Assembly: GCF_004010195.1 (NCBI RefSeq) | Contig: NC_057719.1 | Span: 49,461,155 to 49,504,837, forward strand | DNA: 43,683 nt | Source: Chiloscyllium plagiosum | Lineage: Eukaryota | Direction of reading: 5' to 3' | Part shown: positions 38,151-43,683 of the stretch, piece after piece | Layout: each line of letters opens with the position of its first letter | How positions within the stretch are numbered: position 1 is the first letter of the stretch | Made by a program: the position numbers and the translations under genes | The notes under the pieces: model-generated | What the model was told of the DNA's origin: nothing | Databases searched by the model: none | Seen by the model: only the letters and a program-made list of their open reading frames with translations

Positions 38151-38452
38151 TACTAAGACAGTAGAAATATGCGGACTGTGCTTACTATGTAAAACTGATG
38201 GCATATTTGTTGACCTACATTTTTACAAATACCTGTAATTTCCCAAGGGTGTGTTGTTCATTCTTTTGGAATGCAGCCAACAGGGGACCTATGCATTTCC
38301 TGTAGTCTTAAAATTAAAGAAAACTTTGGAAATCTCCGTAAAACCGATTACAGATAACAAAAGCAGGCGAATGAGACCAATACTATCTGCATAGCTAATT
38401 ATTCTCCATTAGAGTTATTTCTTCCCGAACTGTACTTGAATGATAGAGTAGG

Positions 38453-38637
38453 TTTGTGAAAAGATTTGTAGCTCGGGTGCTCGTTGTTGTGGTTCTGTTG
38501 GCTGAGCTGGGAATTTGTGTTGCAGACATTTCGTCCCCTGAAGCGCTTCACAGGAGGCTCCCAAGCACTGAGGATGTCACCTAGACAGGGGACGAAACGT
38601 CTGCAACACAAATTCCCAGCTCGGCGAACAGAACCAC
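38453..38637. mobile_element. Non-autonomous Penelope (Poseidon-type) hairpin element with 14-bp TSD
   Basis: 54-bp inverted arms 38487-38540 and 38586-38639, tail 38453-38486, TSD aatgatagagtagg at 38439-38452 and 38638-38651. It is inserted into a CR1 3' tail. Confidence 0.88.
38565..38604 (+). ncRNA. Minimal type I hammerhead ribozyme, intact core
   Basis: GCA CUGAGGA U GUC-A-CCU agac AGG-G-GAC GAAA CGUC UGC. Predicted cleavage is after C38601. Confidence 0.8.
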
Positions 38638-38679
38638 AATGATAGAGTAGGCTTAAGAGGCTGAATGGCCTTCTCCCAA

Positions 38680-39310
38680 TTAACGCGTTTGCTGGAATGA
38701 TTTTTTTCTGCCCCGAAAAATGTATCCGATTTTAACTAACTGTTTCCTCCACAAATGGCAAGACTGTCTCTGACCCGCGGCGTATTTACATTTTCTGCTG
38801 GTATCCAATAATTTAGTGCATTTTGTAAAGACGCACTTCGCCGTCAAGCGGCGTCTGTGAATCTACGCTCATTTAAACTTTACGGGATACAGATTTTAAA
38901 ATTTATTTTATCTCGGCCATGATTTTACCCAGTGGGATATTAGCATTATCCGCGGAAAAATATCTTTCCATTGTTTTAATTCAGCACTTGACACATTTAT
39001 CGTGAATGTTTAGCGGAGAGGGCCCCTTTGGATGAATATCTGTAAGCTTGCGTCCCGCAACGTGTTTCAGGAACAGCGAATGTTTTGATTCCGGTGAATC
39101 GGTGTCAAAAGCACTTTCTGTCAGGTCACAGTTATCATCCCGCATTCGCATTTCCAGCGCCTTACGCTGTTTTACACAATTGAGCCGACATCTTCAACAC
39201 CAATTGAGGACGCGATGAAAACGCTTGGGTTGACATTGCGTGGTATTATCCGATGTGCACGTCGTGTGAGGAAAAGGCTCCGTTCTGCAACAACGTCAAT
39301 TTTAAGCCAT
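38680..39310. promoter_or_regulatory. CpG-retaining upstream shore of the NAA30 island
   Basis: Many CpGs in moderately AT-rich, apparently non-repetitive sequence 0.7-1.4 kb upstream of the island, consistent with low germline methylation. Confidence 0.45.
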
Positions 39311-39673
39311 GATTTGGAGCAGCCGGTGTCGGACTGGGGTGGACAAAATTAAAAATCACAATACCAGGTTATAGTCCAAAAGGTTTATTTGGTGGCACTA
39401 GCTTTCGAACCACTGCTTCTCCTTCAGATAATTGTGAAGCAGGATCATGACACATAATTTATAGCAGAAGAGTAGTGTCATGCAGCTGAAATGATATATT
39501 CAATATAATATATCATTTTATATCATATTCAATGTCATTTCAGCTGCACGAACTAATCTTTTGCGATAAATTGTCTTATGATCCTGCTTCACAACCACCT
39601 GATGAAGAAGCGCTTCGGAAACTATGCCGCCAAATAAACCTGTTAGACTACAACCTGGTGTTGTGAGATTTTT
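39310..39673. mobile_element. Older Penelope-like hairpin element, same family as 1024-1240, with 12-bp TSD
   Basis: Inverted arms ~39345-39494 and ~39535-39679, tail 39310-39344, direct repeat aattttaagcca at 39298-39309 and 39674-39685. A degenerate CTGATGA..GAAA lies at 39599-39621. Confidence 0.8.
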
Positions 39674-40019
39674 AATTTTAAGCCAGTCTCTTTTATACTT
39701 GACAGTCGTCCAGCCTTAACTACAACAACTGTGCAAAGATACACCACATAAAAAGGCAAATAATAAAACACGTGTTTCACTAAAATCAAATAAATGCTAA
39801 CTTTGGATTTGAGACTGACAAAAGAAGATACGAGAGCACGACTCACAAAAGTATGACGAAAAGAAAGGCTCAGTGGAGGCAATATGGCACTTGCAACGAG
39901 GGAACGTTTAAACCATTTCCCAAAGGCTAAACTCACACAGAAGACATGAATCAAAAACAGAAAGAGTCATCAGACGGGGGAGACTAATGTTTCATTTAGT
40001 TGGATGATATTGGGCTCAA

Positions 40020-41230
40020 AACTACACAAATTCCTGTTTTCTTTGGCCGTCAAACTAAACACCATTCCATCGCGAACTCACATCAAACGCTGTTTCCGGA
40101 CCTCTCTCGGTGTCGGTCAAAGGTCAACGTCGTAAAACAACAGCTTCAAGGAGAGACGGGAAGCCGCATTTACGACGGTTATGACGTACGCGGGGGGCAG
40201 CGGGGCCGCGCGGCAGCTTCACTTTACGACAGTGCCTAGGTTGAGAGTGGAAACGGCCTCGAGCGACTGGCTGTATGTGGGTGCCGCGAGTGGCCGGCTT
40301 CTCCGTCTCGGTAACGAGTTGATCTCTCCCCGCCCCCTGCCTCACGCTTCCACCCTAACTGTGTGGGTGTCGGGCTCTGCCTGACAGCTCCCGGTCCTGT
40401 GCAGCGTGGCCTGGTGTGGTCCGGTCGGCTGCGGGATGTGTGAGTGCTGAGGGCGGGCGGTGAGTTCACCACCACCCCCCCCCCCCTCCCTCGCTACCCC
40501 CGCCCTCCCCCTCCCCCTCCCCGTTCTCCCGGTTAGATCGTTTTCTCTCACCCGCTGCTTTTGGCCCTCATGCCGACGCTGCGTTTCTCCGCTCTTTAGG
40601 ATGTCTGATGTACCGCCCGGGCCTAGCGTGCTTTCCCCAGCCCCCACTGACATCTCGCCCCTCTCCGCTACTCTCAACCACTCGGGAGTCTACGGCAAAG
40701 TCCCGGGGCCGCAGCCAGGAGGGGGCGGCGAGCAGGAGCAGGAGGAGGAGGAAGCGGCTGCTCTGGACGGGGCTGACCAGGAACGTAGCGGGGAAGGCGG
40801 GCCACGTTCGGCGAACAGCGTCGGAAACTACCCGGAGCCCAACCGAGCCAAGAAGGGCGTCCTGCACCTTCACCACCATCATCACCACCACCACCACCAG
40901 CAACAGCAGCAGCGGCTGCTCAACGGCTGTGTTATAAGCCCCGAGCTCCACTACAAGGCGGAGTGCAAAGGCCGCCTGTCCTGCGCCGAGGCCGCAACCG
41001 CCGTCGAGTTTCATCCCGGACTATCACTGCCCGAAGGAGGCAGGAGGAAAGCCGACGGCAATTATTGTGAGAGTCCCAACGTGAATCATGCGAACCAAAG
41101 GACTGCCGAGGCGGCCGGCCCTAATGCACTCAACCCCAGTGATGGACTCGATCGGATTGCTATCAGCCCAGATGACGATGAGCAGTACCGCCTGGCCGCC
41201 TCGATAGCTGATTGTAGTTTGCACCCGGAA
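40020..41230. promoter_or_regulatory. CpG island / NAA30 promoter
   Basis: GC and CpG density rise sharply against the AT-rich, CpG-poor rest of the window. It contains a DR1-like CGGTCA-A-AGGTCA (40114-40126), a CRE-like TGACGTA (40182-40188) and three TTTACGAC/GTCGTAAA copies. Confidence 0.85.
40250..40459 (+). other. NAA30: NAA30 non-coding exon 1 (5' UTR); start approximate
   Basis: Strong donor GCG|gtgagt at 40459/40460, followed by a 140-bp C-rich intron ending in the acceptor just before the ATG. The TSS cannot be placed from sequence alone. Confidence 0.7.
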
Positions 41231-41380
41231 CAACAGCCCGACAGTATACGATATGTTGGCTATGAGTCAGAGTTGCAAATGCCAGATATAATGAGGTTGA
41301 TCACGAAAGATTTGTCTGAACCTTATTCCATATATACATATAGATATTTTATTCACAACTGGCCACAGCTTTGTTTTCTG
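40601..41380 (+). CDS. NAA30: N-alpha-acetyltransferase 30 (NatC catalytic subunit), first coding exon (exon 2), 260 codons, phase-0 donor; the rest of the gene lies beyond the window
   Basis: Translates [15 protein letters not shown]...[18 protein letters not shown]...[45 protein letters not shown], which matches vertebrate NAA30 as I recall it. The acceptor tttctccgctctttag|G-ATG is at 40599/40600 and the donor CTG|gtaagt is at 41380/41381. Confidence 0.96.
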
Positions 41381-43110
41381 GTAAGTCTGGTTTGGGTGGA
41401 GGGAGCTATATATCATATATAAATCGAAAGCAATGCTTTTAATAGAAATGTCGGTATAATATCCAGAATGTAACACCTTTTTGTAAGGATGGAAAATTAG
41501 TTGCAAAGGAAAGGTCACTTTGGCATATTGCATGCTGATTCCCACACTTTCAGTTGCTATCAATAGTTGTCATGCTAATGAGTGCAATTTTATTTTTGTA
41601 AGCATCTAGGCTTTAAGAACTTGCATTACAAAAGAATGAATTTGCCATGCTATTTATAGTCCTCAATGTGACGAATAACCTTGACTTTGCAGTTCTGTGA
41701 AAGACTAGATGAACAGTTCAAAGGCTTGTTTTAAAATCCATTGAAATCCTGTGGTGTATTACTAAACGTACATTTGCTATACTGACTTTTTTTTTAAAAG
41801 TAACACTCTTATTAATGCCACATCTTCTAGCGATGACTTGGATTGCTGTAGTTACTATAGACAAAGCTAATAACTTAAAAATTGTTTCACTTTTCGGCCT
41901 TTCTGCTTTTACTGAAACACAGCTGTGAACAGTGAGATGATGTGAATGTTTTTGGTTCAATGCAAAACAAAAGTATAATCTTATCAGTTACTTTAGTGAC
42001 TACACGATGAAGACTTTCTTTCAGTTTCTTTTAGAGCAAGCCAAAAATGTGGCATCTACCCCACTACCTGAAAAATACTTGTTTCTTTTTAGCATAGAGT
42101 TGTGATTTTCTTGGGAGGTCGATAATCTTTTAAAAGCAAGCTGAAACTTTCAGTTAATAACTTAAATGATGACACACAAGATTTTGCATTTAAGACCATT
42201 CCTTTAACAAAAGACTGCTGTTAAATCTGTGTAGAAAAATGATCTTTTATGCCACAACACAGAGCATTTCCTGTTTTTCTTTAGCACAACCCAAAACACT
42301 TTACAGCTATGCTTTACACTCTTGTATAGATAGATATTCAATTCTTCCAGAACCAGTCCAAGGTGATTTTTAACTCTTGGATGTTTACTTCTAGTTCTTT
42401 TTCACCCTGGGAACTGTTAAACTCAAGAATTTCTTTCACAGTGAGCTTCATTCTGATGTTTTTACTGTTGTACCAAGCAAGGCCATTTAAACATCTTTAG
42501 AATTCCACATGAATTCAGCATTTTTGATCCAAGTGAGAGCCCTCACACATGCTCCTATGTGCTGAATCACTGAACTCGCTGCTTATAGGTGCTGTCTCTT
42601 CCCTGGATTCTGAAAGCTTAAGTTGCCTGAGAATGTCAAGGAGATCTTAGAAATTTTGAAAATACAAGGGGAAATGTTTGGGCAAGAGGTTATGATCTGA
42701 AAACTTCCAATTCCCAACGTTGAACCCAGAAGGCTTAAGGTGCGAAGCCCTTTGGAAAGTCCGTCAGTGACTTTGTTGTCCGATTAAATTTTTTACCTGA
42801 TTCATCCATGACAATATGATACTATCCATCTTTCCCAATGGATTACACTGTGTCTCCTTTTACATCCTGACATAAGTTGAGAAAGACTGTGAATGTGTCC
42901 AGTCTCTTCGCTATCTAATTCAAATTAGTCATAGAGAAGGTTTGAATTGTACAGGAAAAATATCAAACTCTAAGAGCCTTTGGTTATCCCCAACATATCC
43001 ATAGCTTAGGGTATGCTGATGACTGTGCAGTTGTAGCCCACATAGCAAGTTTTGTTAGCTTATCATTTTCTAACATCTTCCCTATGAGAGTTATTGTTAA
43101 AGACATTCAA

Positions 43111-43483
43111 GATTTGTGTAAAGATTTGTAGCTTGGGTGCCAGCTGTCGTAGTTATGGGTATATTTGCTGAGCTGGAAAGATGTTTTGTCCTTTGTCTAG
43201 ATGACATCTTCAGTATATTGGAGCCTCTTGTGAAATGCTGCTGTACTGTCTTCTGGAATTTGTTGGTTCAGTTTCTACTACTTCCGGTTGTTCATTGTAG
43301 TGGCTGGTATATTAGGTCTAGGTCAATGTGCTTGTTGATGAAGTCCATTGATGAGTGTCATGCTTCTAGAAATTCTCTGGCAGTCCTCTGTTTGGCTTGA
43401 CCTATGATTGTTGTGTTGTCCTAGTCAAATTTGTGGGTCCTTGTCATCTGTGTGTGTGGCTACTAGCGACGGCTGGTTGTGGC
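43111..43483 (-). mobile_element. Penelope (Poseidon-type) 3' fragment in NAA30 intron 2
   Basis: Minus frame TIIGQAKQRTAREFLEA*HSSMDFINKHIDLDLIYQPL (GIY-YIG C-terminal region). The terminus aaagatttgtagcttgggtgc matches 38460-38480. Confidence 0.8.
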
Positions 43484-43489
43484 ATTTAT

Positions 43490-43683
43490 CGAGTCATCGA
43501 GATGTACAGCATGGAAACAGACCCTTCGGTCCAACCCGTCCATGCCGACCAGATATCCCAACCCAATCTAGTCCCACCTGCCCATATCCCTCCAAACCCT
43601 TCCTATTTATATACCCATCCAAATGCCTCTTAAATTTTGCAATTGTACCAGCCTCCACCACATCCTCTAGCAGCTCATTCCAT
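43490..43683 (-). mobile_element. CR1 LINE 3' end (runs off the window)
   Basis: gagtcatcgagatgtacagcatggaaacagacccttcggtccaa, near-identical to 15047-15250. Confidence 0.88.

Noticed and set aside
1..40000. AP5M1 or EXOC5 exons expected from human synteny
   Set aside because: I found no frame resembling those proteins; they probably lie outside the window.
40124..41014. Antisense ORFs overlapping the NAA30 promoter and exon
   Set aside because: Expected by chance in GC-rich, stop-poor sequence; no recognisable domain.
40460..41422. 320-aa ORF as a complete single-exon gene
   Set aside because: Its first GTG is the intron-1 splice donor and its last 13 codons are intron-2 read-through. The real coding part is 40601-41380.
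1..43683. CRISPR array, operon or prokaryotic defence system
   Set aside because: There is no regularly spaced direct-repeat array and no dense ORFs. The sequence is intron-containing vertebrate DNA.

Overview
This is eukaryotic, repeat-rich vertebrate DNA, not prokaryotic. It is most likely from a shark: HE1/V-SINEs with CR1-type tails point to an elasmobranch, and a bamboo/carpet shark is a weaker guess. The only host gene I can support is the 5' end of NAA30 (catalytic subunit of NatC) on the + strand: a CpG-island promoter, a non-coding exon 1 ending at 40459, a 140-bp intron, a first coding exon at 40600-41380 (ATG 40601) and the start of intron 2. The ~40 kb upstream is mostly transposon debris: CR1, L2 and Rex1/Babar LINEs, five V-SINEs, a TA-flanked MITE, a fragmented Harbinger Myb/SANT gene and many Penelope-like elements (PLEs). 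The most striking structure is four PLE insertions sharing one architecture: inverted terminal arms carrying minimal hammerhead ribozyme cores, a one-sided 34-42 nt tail, and exact 12-17 bp target-site duplications. Three of them are non-coding hairpins of only 185-364 bp. Two decayed coding-like regions of unknown identity (26826-29640 and 36990-37560) are also noted. There are two N-gaps (19564-19790, 32199-32339). All repeat-family calls come from motif recognition by eye, no database search was run, and boundaries of old repeats are approximate.
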